A stretch of 64,000 bases of DNA from assembly GCF_964355755.1 (NCBI RefSeq), contig NC_092673.1, positions 13,240,948-13,304,947 of the forward strand, read 5' to 3'. Under the pieces are notes generated by a model. The model ran no database searches. It saw only the letters and a program-made list of their open reading frames with translations, and was not told the origin of the DNA. Every line of letters starts with the position of its first letter. Position 1 is the stretch's first letter. The translations under genes were made by a program, and so were the position numbers. Positions 1 to 13,350 of this stretch are shown here, piece after piece. Source of the stretch: Antedon mediterranea (lineage: Eukaryota; Animalia; Echinodermata).

Positions 1-572
1 TCATCTTTTTCATTATTATCTCTTAACACTTATGTTCGTCTTGTTGTGTTTCCCTATAGTTACAGGGTTCGTACGCGTCCTTAAATTCCTTGAAAGTCAT
101 GGAAAAATAAATCTCTTTTTTCAAGTACTGGAAAGTCCTTGAAATTGGCATTTGTCCTTGAATGTCCTGAAAATTTTTAAAATACAATAAAGTTATATGA
201 ATTCTTTTTAATAAAGTTTTGAAAACACTGAACAATAAAAGTATTAAGTATGAAAGTACATGGAAGATAACAACGTTTGTACGTGCCGACTTTTCCGCCG
301 CCGATAAATGCTCGTACATGAAATAGGCTTTCTTATCAGGTTGGTTGTTGACTGCAGAACGCCACTGGCCAGTGATGTTCAGATGACAATCACCTTGAAA
401 AAACTTTGCCCAACTATTCTTTTGTTCCCCCACAGTACATTATTGCATAATAGCTATTACTATTGAAATAAATACTTGGCCCTTTTTGTGTTCCGATTTT
501 GTTTAAACATTAATTTAACGAATGTAATATTGCAAACATGCATAGCATTTTAGCATTACACTTTAATTAGTG

Positions 573-631
573 ACTATACTCGCATTCTATTTATAGCCTC
601 TGATAAGCTATAAATAGAATGCGAGTATAGT
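573..631. repeat. Perfect 25-bp inverted repeat with 9-nt spacer
   Basis: ACTATACTCGCATTCTATTTATAGC (573-597) and its exact reverse complement (607-631). Confidence 0.95.
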
Positions 632-743
632 GACCTCTCTCAGCGAGGCTCTCTCACACCGCAAGCGCGTATATTAGCGGTCTCTATATGGCTGCCGATG
701 AGTTTTTTATCGTGCGTTTCTCGTCAGTGGAAATCTATCCAAC

Positions 744-3306
744 ATGCCGCGTACATGCTTTTTTCAAGAGTCCTGGCTTTTTGATAGCAAATTTTCCCCG
801 TGGATTAACCGTGCGTCAATAAAAACGGAGGCAAAGTGTAAACTATGTAGAAAAACATTAGATACTGTATCTCCAACATGGGACGGTCGGCGTTAATATC
901 TCATCAAAACGGAAAAAAAGCATAAACAACAAATGGAGTTGAGGTTTAACAATACGACGCAAGAAGTTAATCAATTTTTTAGTAAGTCCAACCCAACAAC
1001 ATCCACCAGTAAATCTAATAGTACCATCACCAGTATTGAACAACAAGACATACCAGGAACTAGTGTTGATAATAGTATACCGAAACGTACGAACCCAAGT
1101 GGCCCGGCGACGATGCAGTATTTCAGTAGTAGTGAGGAGATTCGTAAAGCAGAAATATTGTGGGCCTTATTCATGACTAACCGGCACTATTCGAACAAGT
1201 CGATGGATGAAATAAATGAAGTATTCCAGGCAATGTTTCCAGATAGTGGAATAGCTGCAAAATTTAGTTGTGGTGAAAAAAAGTCTGCTTATGTTGTTAA
1301 TTATGGGTTAGCGCCATATTTTAGGTAAGTTTTGTTTGATATTGATTGATATAGGCCTACAATTTAGATTAAATAAATAATTGTAATAGGCATTTCTGTA
1401 TTGAGTAATAGCCTGGTGAGTATGAAAAACAAATGTTTTTAGTCTAAGTTTTGTTCATTTTAGGTCATTACTTCTGAAACGTGTTACGGATGAGTCAGAT
1501 TACGTTCTACTATTTGATGAAAGTCTAAACAAAGGTACACAACTAAAGCAAATGGATATCCATGTCCGATTTTGGGCTAACAACCACGTGGAAACTAGAT
1601 TCTTTGATAGTACATTCATGGGTTATGCTACTGCTGAGAAAGTCGTCACCGATTTTAAGATATGTGCAGACAAACTAAATCTCGCAAAATTACTTCAAAT
1701 CGGTATGGATGGTCCAAACGTCAATTGGAAGTTTTATAAACTTCTCTCTGCCGATATAAAGACGAATTACAATACATCAGTTCTCAACATTGGGTCGTGT
1801 GGCCTTCATGTAATGCACAATGGGTTTCAAAGTGGTGTGCAGTCAATTGATTGGAAGGTCTACGACATACTGTCTAGTTTACAAATACTGTTCAAAGACA
1901 CCCCTGCTCGTCGGGAAGATTTTGAGAACGCTACTGGCACACATGTGTTTGGCCTTAAGTTTTGTAAACACAGATGGGTGGAGAATGCTGCAGTTGCGAA
2001 GCGGTTTCTCAGTGTTTTTCCGCACCTTAAAACGTACATCAAGCAGGTGACCGAAATGAAAATAAATGACTCAAAAACAAAGTCGTATGACACTCTGAAG
2101 GCTGCTTCAGTAGACTTATTTACGGTGCCCAGAATGCACTTTTTTGTGATGGTGGCCACACAAATGGAAACGTTTCTTAAAAAATATCAAACAGATCAAC
2201 CAATGATACCGTTTCTTGAGAAAGATCTAGTGGCATGTTTGAGAGGGCTATTGAGATTGGTCATTAAACCAGACGTCCTTTCCGGGCTCGTGAATGGCCA
2301 AAGTTTCACTAACTTTAATATAGATGAAACGAAAAACCATTTACTTGCTAACAAAGTAGACTGTGGAATATTAGCTTCAGAGCATATAAAGGAGTTGATC
2401 AAGAAAAAGAAGGTGTCTGAGTTACAAGAACTCAGGTTTAAAAATGAGTGCAAGACCATGGTTCTTACAATTGTTAAGAAAGTGCTATCTAAATGCCCAC
2501 TTGGTTTCAGAATCGTTCAAAAAGCGAAATTTCTCGATCCAAGAAATTTTTGTTTAAGTGGTAATGCGCGATCTCTTAATGTTGGTAGACTAAAGGCTGT
2601 ATTAAAAATATTAGCAGACAACCAAAAAATCAACCATGACATGTGTGATGAAATTGTTAATCAGGCAAACGAATTCTATGATTTTGTTGTGTTAAATAAT
2701 TTATCAGATTTCACTGAATACGATCCTAAATGTAGAATTGACGAATTTTACTATGACCGCCTTAGCAAAACCACTAAGTATCACGCATTCTGGGGGGTAG
2801 TAAAATTGATTCTAATGCTTTCCCATGGCCAGGCGACTGTTGAGAGAGGTTTTAGTGTAAACAAGGAGGTAGCGGCTGTCAATATGTCAGAGAGTACATA
2901 TGTTTCGAAGCGCGTTGTATGCGGTCACATAGCTTCAGTTGGTGGTGTTTTGTCTGTAAAGATAACGCCCCAATTAATTACTTCTGTGAGTGGGGCTAGG
3001 CAACGCTATAATCTCCATCTTGATAATGAAAAACGTAAAGCGGCAGAATCTTCAAAGGCTATTAAGAGAAAATCGACGATCGATGAGTTAGATAACTTAA
3101 AGAAAGCCAAAAAAAGATGTATTGCTGATATTATGGGTTTAGAAAAATCGTCTGCAAAGTTTTCCGATCAAGCTGAAAGTAAAGGTAGTCTTACCCTCAT
3201 TGCCAAAGCTAATAGCTTGCGTAGAACCGCTTCTGAAAAAAAAGAGCAATTAGCTCAACTAGAGGAAGACATTAGACATAAATTAGAGGAAATCAAAAAT
3301 AGCTAG
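744..3306 (+). pseudogene. hAT transposase, two exons (744-1324, 1464-3306), disrupted in the N-terminal zinc finger
   Basis: ATG at 744. CKLC...H..GKKH BED-like finger. GT-AG intron 1325-1463 joins in frame (PYFR/SLLL..FDESLN). Motifs GMDGPNVN, CGLH and the hAT dimerisation motif SHGQATVERGFS. A +5 indel at about 865 and a +1 indel at 913-919 expose TAA at 894-896. Confidence 0.88.
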
Positions 3307-4309
3307 GCTATTGTGTAGATTAAATTAGCAGAAATTGCTAAGTTGTAAAAAATAAACAATGTAAAAATCTCATGTGTTTATGATCGTTTTGAATAAAGTT
3401 CAGAGTGAATTAGAATATGGTTTGATTTCTTTTATTTATACCTTCTAAAAAAAACATACGATATACAGAAACGGCATTTAAACTCCGAATTCCGAACGAA
3501 TTGTAGAACGTCATCCTATAGTAGTATCAAATTACCAAATATCGTCGACAGTGCAGTGACTATGGAAACATCAGCCTTTGTTCAATACACACCGTGACTA
3601 CCCTCGATAGGCGCGGAAGTCTGGCGCGGTTCCACAAAGGCTTTACCAGGGAGTTGTTACAACTCTTTACGCTTTACTACCGTTACGTGTCATTTTACTC
3701 GATTTCCCACGCCTATGTTTTCAGTACTGTATGTTTTTTTAGTGGCTACAGTTAGTACTTGAATTTCTGAAAAACATCGTAACTACGAATTCATTTTTTT
3801 TTATTAATCTGTTGAACTTAATATTTAGGTATAATAATGTCCTTGAAATTTTAAAATGTTGACATTGAATGTCCTTGAAATGTCCTGGAATTTTACTAGC
3901 TCACAGGTGTACGAACCCTGTAGTTATTATACAATCCCTTTTGTTCTCATTTAATTTACATAGCCTTGATATCCTTTGATAACTTTGATACTCAATACTT
4001 ACATAACACATAAATAATATTGTATCTTGTAGCTACTGATTGATTGACTTTTTTTTATGGAAATTTTTTGCATAGTAATATTAAACTAAATTACCGTAAT
4101 GTTATTATATATTATATGTTATATTATTACTGGCTACGTAATTTTGGCCCTCCTACCTAACAAAAATCCTCATCCTTAAAAATCAATCCATCCTGAAAGC
4201 GACGTCCAATGTTTAGTATGTGCGCACGTTGGAATGTAGAATCATAGCCAATATAATAATGTGGTGGGCCCGGCTTTTTTTTTGCACCTACACAAATTTT
4301 GCAACTAAC

Positions 4310-4400
4310 CAATATTTCCAATTCTTTACTGATGCCAAGTAGGACACAGTGCATCCAATTTATTGGAAAAGGTGTCGTCATGTCCTGCAATTTAGATAGC
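4310..4400 (-). pseudogene. CACTA/EnSpm-Mirage-type transposase fragment
   Basis: FPINWMHCVLLGISKEL matches the FPxDxMHxVxLG motif of animal CMC transposases. Confidence 0.55.
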
Positions 4401-5349
4401 ATGGTACGGTAAGGAAAGCAATCAATAATTTTATTTTTTCTTACCAACAAAATTGGGGATGGTAACCAAATGAGAACTTAACGTACCGCTTCTCCCTTTA
4501 TGACTGCCATTTGTGAATTTTCCTTAAAGCCATCATTTGTTCGTAGCAACGATGTTCCTCCCATACAACCTTAGGCATATTTTGCACCCAAATGTTGTAC
4601 TGCTTCATTTTTCAAAATAGCCGCCTATAAATAACAACACATTCACATATATCTCAGTAAAGATAGAGATGTATATTTGGTTCAAAATGTTCATAATCTA
4701 TTTACTCTAATGGATCATTTTTTCCTAAAATGACAGGAAATATCGTTTTATGACCAATTGACCATTAACCTGAACTCATCAGTATTTTGCTAACTACTGG
4801 TCATGGATACCTCAAACTGGTCTCAATTTGTTCAGAATATTTATTTTTATATTTGCATATAACAATAGAACTTTTTCTCCAGCTGTTTTTTCAGCCCAGA
4901 AAATAAAGCCAACTCAATCAAGTCTGTTATACAAAATAAAAGATGGTATCATTAATATTGCATTATAAATAAATGAGTGAAAGCTTGGACATAAAAGCTC
5001 ATCATTGATTTAATAAAATATGTTTTATGTGAAGATTTAATTTAATACCTGTGAGGCATAAAGTGCATTGGTATAATGTGTATAATTTAATACTCAACCT
5101 CTCTTTCCAAGATTAACACTTGCACCATCTGCTCCAAACCTACTACTTTCGACTTCCATCTTTCACCACAGCCTGTAGTAGAGTAGATTAATATAATAGA
5201 ATATAATACTGTTCTGTGATTACTATCCAGGCCCAGGCTAAAGAATTTAATTAAACTTACCAGCTGCATGAGCATGTTCTACTTCTGTTCAACCAAACGA
5301 TTTACAGGCAAAAATTACTATGAACCATCATAAAAATTTGATAGTGAAA

Positions 5350-5780
5350 AAGTTAATTTGCAGCCCTGCCACTTGACTGGGTTGGTCCAACTTTGTCCTG
5401 GTCCACATCGGGCTGCAATTACCATACGCTTGAATATGACAACCAGAGATAACCTCACAATTTCGTATTTTAGCCTATGATCAGGACCTCCGTATACAGA
5501 ATCAAGACTGGTTTAGATAAATGTAATTCTCTTGTCAATGATGCTGCATGGCGGAATGGTTAAGATGCCTGAAAGACAGCATCATTCAAAACAACAGCGC
5601 ACTGTAACAGCAATAATACACGAGGATGTGTGAGTGTGATGGCGCAGAAACTTGGCCAGTGTAAAAACTCTCATCGACTGTTTTTGGAATGTCCACCTGA
5701 AACGAAACTGATGTTGTTAAATTTCCTTCGCTGTTATGATCATTGGCAGCCAGAGTTGTGTTGATCCAGGCAAAAAGGCT
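5350..5780 (-). pseudogene. Zator-like transposase fragment
   Basis: Frameshifted translation: ANDH..VDIPKTVDESFYTGQV..LNDAVFQAS*PFRHAA..PVLILY..GGPDHRLKY..LSL..IAARCGPGQSWTNPV. Confidence 0.65.
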
Positions 5781-7089
5781 GTATAATGGTTCCTCAATTC
5801 CTCAAGATTGTATACTTGTACAGTGCTGCACAGGAGTGATTTTCTGGATGGGTGGTTCTTAACTGTCGCTTTTGAAGATCAGAAATATTAAAATGAACAC
5901 AGAAATATTGGGAGGGAGAAAATGTCACAAATTGCAATAAAATCAGTAGTAGAGTACAGAAATTATAACAAATTGTCTTACCCGTATCTTATACTGTACA
6001 GAAAATCTATTAGTAAAACTCATGGCAGTATGACTGAGAGTGTTGCGGGGCATAAACTGATAGATGGCACTGCTGTTCCCTCTTGGTATTTTTAAATTAT
6101 CCTTTTCATCAGATCTGCCATTGCCATGAAGAGACAAATATATTACTTTTTTGTTAAACCAGTTTCCAAGTACTTACTTGCTACGTTTTGGCTATTTTCA
6201 GTAGCCTTGGTCACGCAAATGACGTTGAAATTTTTCGTCATTCGTCATGGTTGGGTGAATTGCGCTATCTCTCGTCTGATGTTCAGCTTTCTGCTGGTGT
6301 CCCCCTTTGGATGCTCGTGTGTCTCTTTTTATTATATCATTGTAGATATGGCTCAGTTGAATTATACCTCCACAAATCAGCAATGATGCCCATTTGCCCC
6401 TCAAGTATCACCTAACACACTCATCCATCACCGGGTTTTGGTCTGTTGAGGCATCAAGTGTTTGGTCACTGTATATAGCACGCATCAGATGTGATGGAAT
6501 GTTTGCTAAGCGCGAAAATCTGCAAAGTATTGAAGAAAAAATAAATGTTTCATTAATATTTCATTCCAACCACCATTTATCATCGTTTCAAATGTATACT
6601 TTATATATACCAAAATATTAAAAAATTGGCCCTACAGTTTATTTTTTTAATGAAAACCTTTGCCTAAACTGCCTTTTCATCTTAAAGGAATAAAATTCTG
6701 GCAATTTTGAACACACAGATATACCATTTTACTCCATCCTGTGTTACTTCAGTTTGGGTTCAGTTTCTCTTACATGTTCAAACACAATTGTTGTGTGGCT
6801 GCCACAGTATCTAAAAACTCTGGAGCACTATTTTTACTCATTTTAAGCTGTACGTCAAAACTACAAAAAGAGGTGCAGTTTGTATTCATATTATTTATTA
6901 ACATCTAACTTTATATCTAAAACGAAAAATATGGCAAGGTAATAAATATTCTTTTTAGGAATTAAAAAATATAAATTTTCAAAAGTCATTTTCTAGTTTA
7001 ATGAATGCCATTGAAAACTGAATTTAATCATAACCTGTACGAACCTTGTTTATACTTTACATTGTAAATAAATAAAATATGTTTTTTTA

Positions 7090-7445
7090 AACTGCATCCT
7101 TCGTGGATTAGCTGACTAAAGAATTGACTGCCTCTGAGACATCGATATCAATGTTGAAGTGGATAATGCCGTCAATCAATCCTTATTCATGGTACCTGCA
7201 TTAAGTTTAAACTGAAGTACACGCCAGTTTTAAAAGAACAAAGATGTTCAGGAACATTTCACTATTGAAATAGCATAAGAGGATGGTATGGCCGCTTTCT
7301 CCATGAACTTAGCCCTCCACCTGATCATTTCTGCAGAGACCAGTTCCGGTGATGGCAGATCATCCTCGTAAAGAGCTACCGTTGCAGAAATATCCACTTG
7401 CCTCTCTATTATTACTGACGGAATTAAACCAAGCAGCTTTGAACT
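7090..7445 (-). pseudogene. hAT transposase C-terminal (dimerisation domain) fragment
   Basis: YEDDLPSPELVSAEMIRW..NIFVLLKLACT..TMNKD*LTAL..NPRRMQ. Confidence 0.7.
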
Positions 7446-7749
7446 ATTTCCAGGTCAGTAAAAATTATCATATTGAGTGACAATGTACAGCAAGAAGATT
7501 ATCTTAAAAGCTACTGTTTACTGTAATAAATTACCTTTCTTTTAAATGTGAAGTCTGCAGTGTTTCTTTGAATTTGCTGACTTGGCTTTGATAATATCAA
7601 CAAACAGATCTTTCGCGTATAAATCCAATCCAACGGCAAGGCTCTAGGCTCAGTATAGCACAATACTATAGGTTATCTTAATACAATAGGTTCTATTGTT
7701 CTCTAGTTCTTCCAAAGTTGTGTAACTGGTTGGTTGGTTTGGTGCATTC

Positions 7750-8262
7750 AACTACAGTTCGACAACATTTACATGTCACATTTAAAGACAGATAACATTG
7801 GGCAAATATTGGTTGTACAGCAGTAATAGAGGAAAATGGCCAGGAGTGTAACAAACAAAACACTGAACTGTGTCAGTATCCTCATAAAGAGGCTGACACA
7901 GGTTTGTAAGAAGTTTACAAATATTACATTTAAAAGAATTCATAGTATTACTTGGCACAAATGATGATGGTACTGGAATGAAAATGGGTGGATGCAAGTT
8001 ATTGAAATGTTTTGTTGTGTTTTATTTATTGGGCGATGTCTGTTTGTGGAAGGTCTTGCTTCTTTTTCGGGGGTCTTCCTTCCTTTTTTGGTCCTCCAAC
8101 AAAACACACGCTTCACATGATATTCTTTTGTGTGGTGCCCACTCAGCTAATCTTCTCAATGATGTATTATTGTCTATTTTTTGGAACAGAACCTACACAT
8201 GTATCAACATCAAGTGACACATCCAATCCGCTTGTCTTTATTTTATTTAATTTATCACCTAC
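7750..8262 (-). pseudogene. Chapaev-type transposase N-terminal fragment (Chapa end plus RING)
   Basis: EWAPHKRISCEAC..EGRP followed by FKCNICK..CQPLY..QCFVC..CKCCRTVV. Clearly homologous to 13130-13350. Confidence 0.55.
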
Positions 8263-9299
8263 ATAAAAAATTAATACAATTAAACCCGTTTTTATACAAG
8301 GACAAACATTTAAAATGAATATTTATCAACAAAATAGAATATGTGATTTTTTCTTGAAAACTAGAGAAACTCTGTGCGACTTGTGTCAAATATGTGCGTA
8401 TGAGCTACCAATACATTTCTACGGGAGCCGCTGATAATGTCCTCTATTTTATCGAAATCTAAATTTCCAAACAATCGCACTTAACATGACTTGCGTGTTG
8501 ATGAAAATGTTGACGATATCAATAAACAACAAGAAAAGTAAGTAAGAAGCGTCCGTACAGTTACTACTTCCATTGACTGTTAACTTAATTATAATTGTAT
8601 AATTAAAACTACAGTAAAAAGACAACCATGCCTAATCAACTTGGTTATTCGTAAGGTTATACATAATTTAATTTTTAAAAAAAGCCACAAACATAAATTC
8701 ATTTAAATAAATAATGTTAATTTTAGTTTCAGCAGGGAAAATTGAAAGCTGTTTCTTTACCTCATTGAATACGTTTATGAATTCTTTAATGGAATTCATC
8801 ATTAAATATGTGGATATAGTACTGTAGAAGTAATTGCACATAACTAAACGGTAAGTTAAACTTTTTAGAAATCACGCAGAAAAGTTGATAATTAATGCCA
8901 ATTAAGACTTTTTTCCTGAAGCTTAATTTATTATTATCTATGAGTTAATCCCATATTGCCAAAATATTGTCGATATCCTAATATCTTTCAAAAATGTTTA
9001 ATTTAATTCAGATCTAATTTTATGCATGCAGGAATCGGGAGAAACATCGCAAATTCGGAATCTCACCAGCGCATTGGTGCGATTTGTTAACCTTTTTTTT
9101 AATTCCTCAGTGTATTAATTTCATGGAGATCTTCAGGATGTACAGTAATTTGTAACTCTTGTTGAGGGTATTACGCTATTGATTTCCTAGCTGATGAGTG
9201 CAATAATAGTTTTTATGCAGGAGATCCTATCAATAGTCACTGCCTATTTATAACAGTAAGGATCGAAATAGCCATTGCATCATCGATATTATAGTAAAT

Positions 9300-11210
9300 G
9301 GCCTAGTCCATTTCAATTCAATTAATACAAATCGGCTTGGATACTATAGAAATGAAGCCCTGTTGGCTAAATATGATTCCTTGGAACAGAAACAATAATG
9401 TCACCCGATATGTGCATAAATATACCATGATTTTGGATATGATTAACTGGTATCAACAAAATCCCTGACGGCTTAACTACTACAATCATACAAAGTTATG
9501 AATGCTCTACTGTAGATGTTTGATTGACAATTGTTTAACTGACTGCGGTAGTGAATGCCATTCCGATAGCAAACAATATCTGAAAACAATTATTTAAACA
9601 TATTCCTATGTAATGGTCATATTACTAGGCCAACAATGCAACTCGACAGATAATGTATTTATAAAGCTCATGCATATACTATGTCGGCGTCGCTAACAAA
9701 TGCTTGTGTCATTAGGCATATCCTTGATACGAACATACAAAAGTGGTAAAAAATAACCTCTTAAAACCAGTACTAAGAAATTCTCTGTACTCTGAAGCTG
9801 TGACACAAAGTAGAATAAGGCACCCACATACGGGCCAAGTTATAGATTTTTAATAGATTACTATGTTTACGTTTCCAATGCTGGCAATCATCTAAAGTTG
9901 TCTGACGCCATGCAATAAAAAAAGGAAGTTTACTATTTAGAAACCGCCTATTCAAAAGAGCAATCTGAATAAAAGCGAACAAGTTAATGTGCATAGTTTA
10001 GTTACAAGTTTTTAACGGTGTTATTTGCCTATTAATAATCCGCTAATTTCTATGCTAACAAATTTTTGTAGTAATTTGGGTCTACCAGACCTCTTTCAAG
10101 ATATGCCTACCTTTGATCCCATATAAAATTGTTTTCTTTTTGAGTCCTTACTAAACCAAAGATTTACCTTTCCCTTAGCTCCAAGAAGAACACAATGCAT
10201 CTAGTCGACTAGAAATATGGTCACCTCGCACCTGCATAGATAAATAAGTAGTATATAAAAGTGTAATTATGTTTTATATACTACAGTATTGCTCTACTTT
10301 ATACTATATTGTACGGACTACGTTTGTCTGCAAGCCCTAGCTTCATGGTTAGTTCATACAACTCTCTTTTAAGTTAGGCCGATAAGATTAATGCGTATGC
10401 ATGTTGAGGAGAAGATACAGAGTTCCAGTCCTGGATGGGTGCTTTTTTTTTAATTCTCACCACATGTTTTCATATTTCGTATAAATTAAGTTCGTTCTTT
10501 CATTTATAGCTCATAAATTACGGTATGAATATAAAAATAACTTACAGAATCTCTTGATTACGACTTGTCTCGCATCGCACTATGAAGATAATATCGATGC
10601 AACAGACAATTTGTTGCCGTGGCTCCCTCAGCAAAGCACACATGGCAGCCAAACTTGCCATTGTACTGTTTCATATTGCAACAATTGCCTTTGCTGGTAA
10701 GTCTACTGCCACAGCCAATAGCCTCGTCTTTTCTACCATAGAATGTCATCATCTCAATGCCTAATAATATGATATTGTACCATTCATGATTCAATATACT
10801 ATATAAGGTACTGTAATGTAATTGTGTTGCGTTGTTAAGTGTTTATCAAACAAAAATTGCTATTTTTCAATAAATAAAAAAAATCTCGTTTTTAATCTAT
10901 GATTAATCAATATATGGTTGAGCGTTTAGTCATGCTCCAATAGATTTCTTGGAACAGAAACATTAATGTCACCTGATATGTGCATAAATATCCAATGATT
11001 TTGGTACTAACACAATTCCTGACGGCTTAACTACTTGAATATGGTTGACAATTGCATGACAAGATTTAAATTTCTCAATTAATCCAAATGGAGACGTCAT
11101 TGTAAATAGAAAAAGGAGAATTTTTCCGGTGTCACATTGATCCTCATAATGAAATACAATCACCGTATTGCTACGAGTTTTGTTTTCGCCTCCTTCCCTC
11201 TGCATGTCAA
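9300..11210 (-). pseudogene. CACTA/EnSpm-type transposase fragments
   Basis: NMKQYNGKFGCHVC (about 10620-10680), VD*MHCVLLG (about 10180-10210), RSNTVIVF..TGKILLF. 9380-9480 and 10948-11035 are diverged copies of each other. Confidence 0.65.
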
Positions 11211-12379
11211 CACGGAATTTCCTTAGGTGAATCTGTAAAATTTTCCTGTATATTGATAATATTGATTTAATATGTCCATATGTGTATCATCTTCTTTGAT
11301 GGAATGTATATTGCTTGTATTTCTCATTCTCTTCTCTTGTTCATTTGATATAGTAGTATGCATTCATGTATACCATTACTTAAATTATGCATGGCATTCA
11401 CACATGCTACTCTAATATATATATAATATATATATATTAGAGTATATTATATATAAATATATATTATAAAATTAATACAGAATGTACACTATCATACAAA
11501 ATTACAAATGTTCTACCGTAGAAGTTTGGGTGACAACTGTTTGGTGAGTGCTGTGACGGTTACTTCCTTAACTGACTGTAGTAGTGACCTCAGATTTTGT
11601 ATAATTGACGGTATTTTCCAAGGCTGCACCAATTTTTTTAGTAGCACCTGATCTTCCCCCAACCCCATCCCCAACAGCGCAGATCCGTTTCTAATAGTAG
11701 GGGGGGGGGGGGGGGAGACACGTATAAAAATGAAATACTTTGCGATTTTACTTACAATTAGCTACTGTTAGCCCATATATGCGTGTTAGATATTCATAGT
11801 CTCCGAATATGAAAACAGTAATTTGTTTGTCTCTATAAAATGAAACGAAGTGACAAATTTAGTTTTATCTTATTTAATATATTTAATATGGGTCACATGT
11901 TGTAAAAGAATAATTATACAACTATGTACTAACCTTATTACTGCATGTTGCAAATGTTTAATTTGATTCAAATGCCTTTGTAGGCCTGTCCTCAGGTTTT
12001 GTGTAGTGTGTTGCCTCAAAACAATCCACAACAACAGTATTTTGGAGTGAGTTTGGGTGGTCAACATTTGCAATTTGAATCATTTGTTTAAAATTCCCAC
12101 CCCACCTTATCACCGCCAACTTTTATCCAAAATTGAGAGATGGGAATTTTTCCGTTGTGCCATGTAAGTAGGTTAAGCCTATACAATAATTATTTTTATA
12201 TTAATTACCACCTTTTTCCAGCCTCAGATAAATATATAATGTAATGTTAATTTTTTAGTGTTAATTGTTTTTTACAATATTCACTTACTTATCCAATTCA
12301 TTAATTTGTTGTTCCATTAATTCGTCTGTGTGGATTATTGACAAGTATTCAGAAATTAAGTTTCCACTGATAATATGTT

Positions 12380-13350
12380 CTTGCTGTCCACTCATATTGG
12401 CCTCGCATTCTGTTTGTATGCCATAATTCAACCTGTTAGTGGCGGTTTCATCACTGTTGGTTGAATCTAGCCAGCACTCTCAGATATGACATGGTCCCAG
12501 CTGTATTGTAAATGAGAGTTCTCTGTTTCGTTTCCAGGTCAAACACAGGATAGTTTGAATAGCCAATAAGTCGCCGATTGGTAATTTGAAAGGTGTAGAT
12601 AAGAGTTTTTGCAATTCTTTTGGCATGGATTTGATCTCGTCTGCCTGTTGAATATTGGTCTCTTCACCATTGACCTGACCCGATTAACAAATTTGGTTGT
12701 GTTTCGAATGGTCCTTTTACCAGCAAGTGAAGAATCTATCCTAGCCTTTGGAACATTGAACTGTCTGGATTGTCTGAAATGATGATTTACACTACTGTAG
12801 CCAAAATTGCATTTTTTAAAAATAAGGTGGGGTGGGGGTTGGCAAAAATAATTTTATGCTGGTAAGTTAATAGTAAGAACGCTAAATTAAGATCATGTAC
12901 ATTTGGAAGACACACATTTCCCTTTACACAAAAGTTGGCAGTTGTCTTGTCGTTTGATTGGGCCAACTTGGTTTTTATAATGTGTTGACCTAGTTCCTCC
13001 ATTATTGGTGTTAGTGGAATGTGTGGAGGATGATGTAATGTCATCAATTGTAGTATTGTTTGAAAGGCTGGTGATATGTTGATGCATTGTGATGTAGACG
13101 GGCTAAAGTAATCGTGGTCCAGAATACAAACATGACTGGATTCGTCCCAACATTTAACAACAGTTCGACAACATTGGCATTGTGACAACAGACGACAAAT
13201 AACACTCTGCAAATATTGGCTGAGCTTCAGTAATAGATTCAAAGTGCACAGGAACATTATATACAGCACATTGCACTGAATCGGCCTCGTCATAGAGAGG
13301 CTGAACACAGCTTTTACAAACAATATGTTGACATGGTGGAACAACAGCAC
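12380..13350 (-). pseudogene. Chapaev-type transposase fragment (RING finger, zinc finger and start of core)
   Basis: PPCQHIVCKSCVQPLY..QCAVY..CQCCRTVVKC..HVC, then VPKARIDSSLAGKRTIR..LTWKRNREL. 12400-12430 resembles 28560-28600. Confidence 0.6.

Larger units (their letters stand above)
63..3920 (+). mobile_element. Full-length hAT-superfamily DNA transposon with 6-bp TSD (hAT6-like)
   Basis: TIR CAGGGTTCGTAC at 63-74 and its reverse complement at 3909-3920. Identical TAGTTA at 57-62 and 3921-3926. Subterminal GTCCTTGAA repeats at both ends. Internal hAT transposase. Confidence 0.93.

Noticed and set aside
11408-11470. Palindrome around a TA run
   Set aside because: Mostly self-complementary (TA)n microsatellite; low information.
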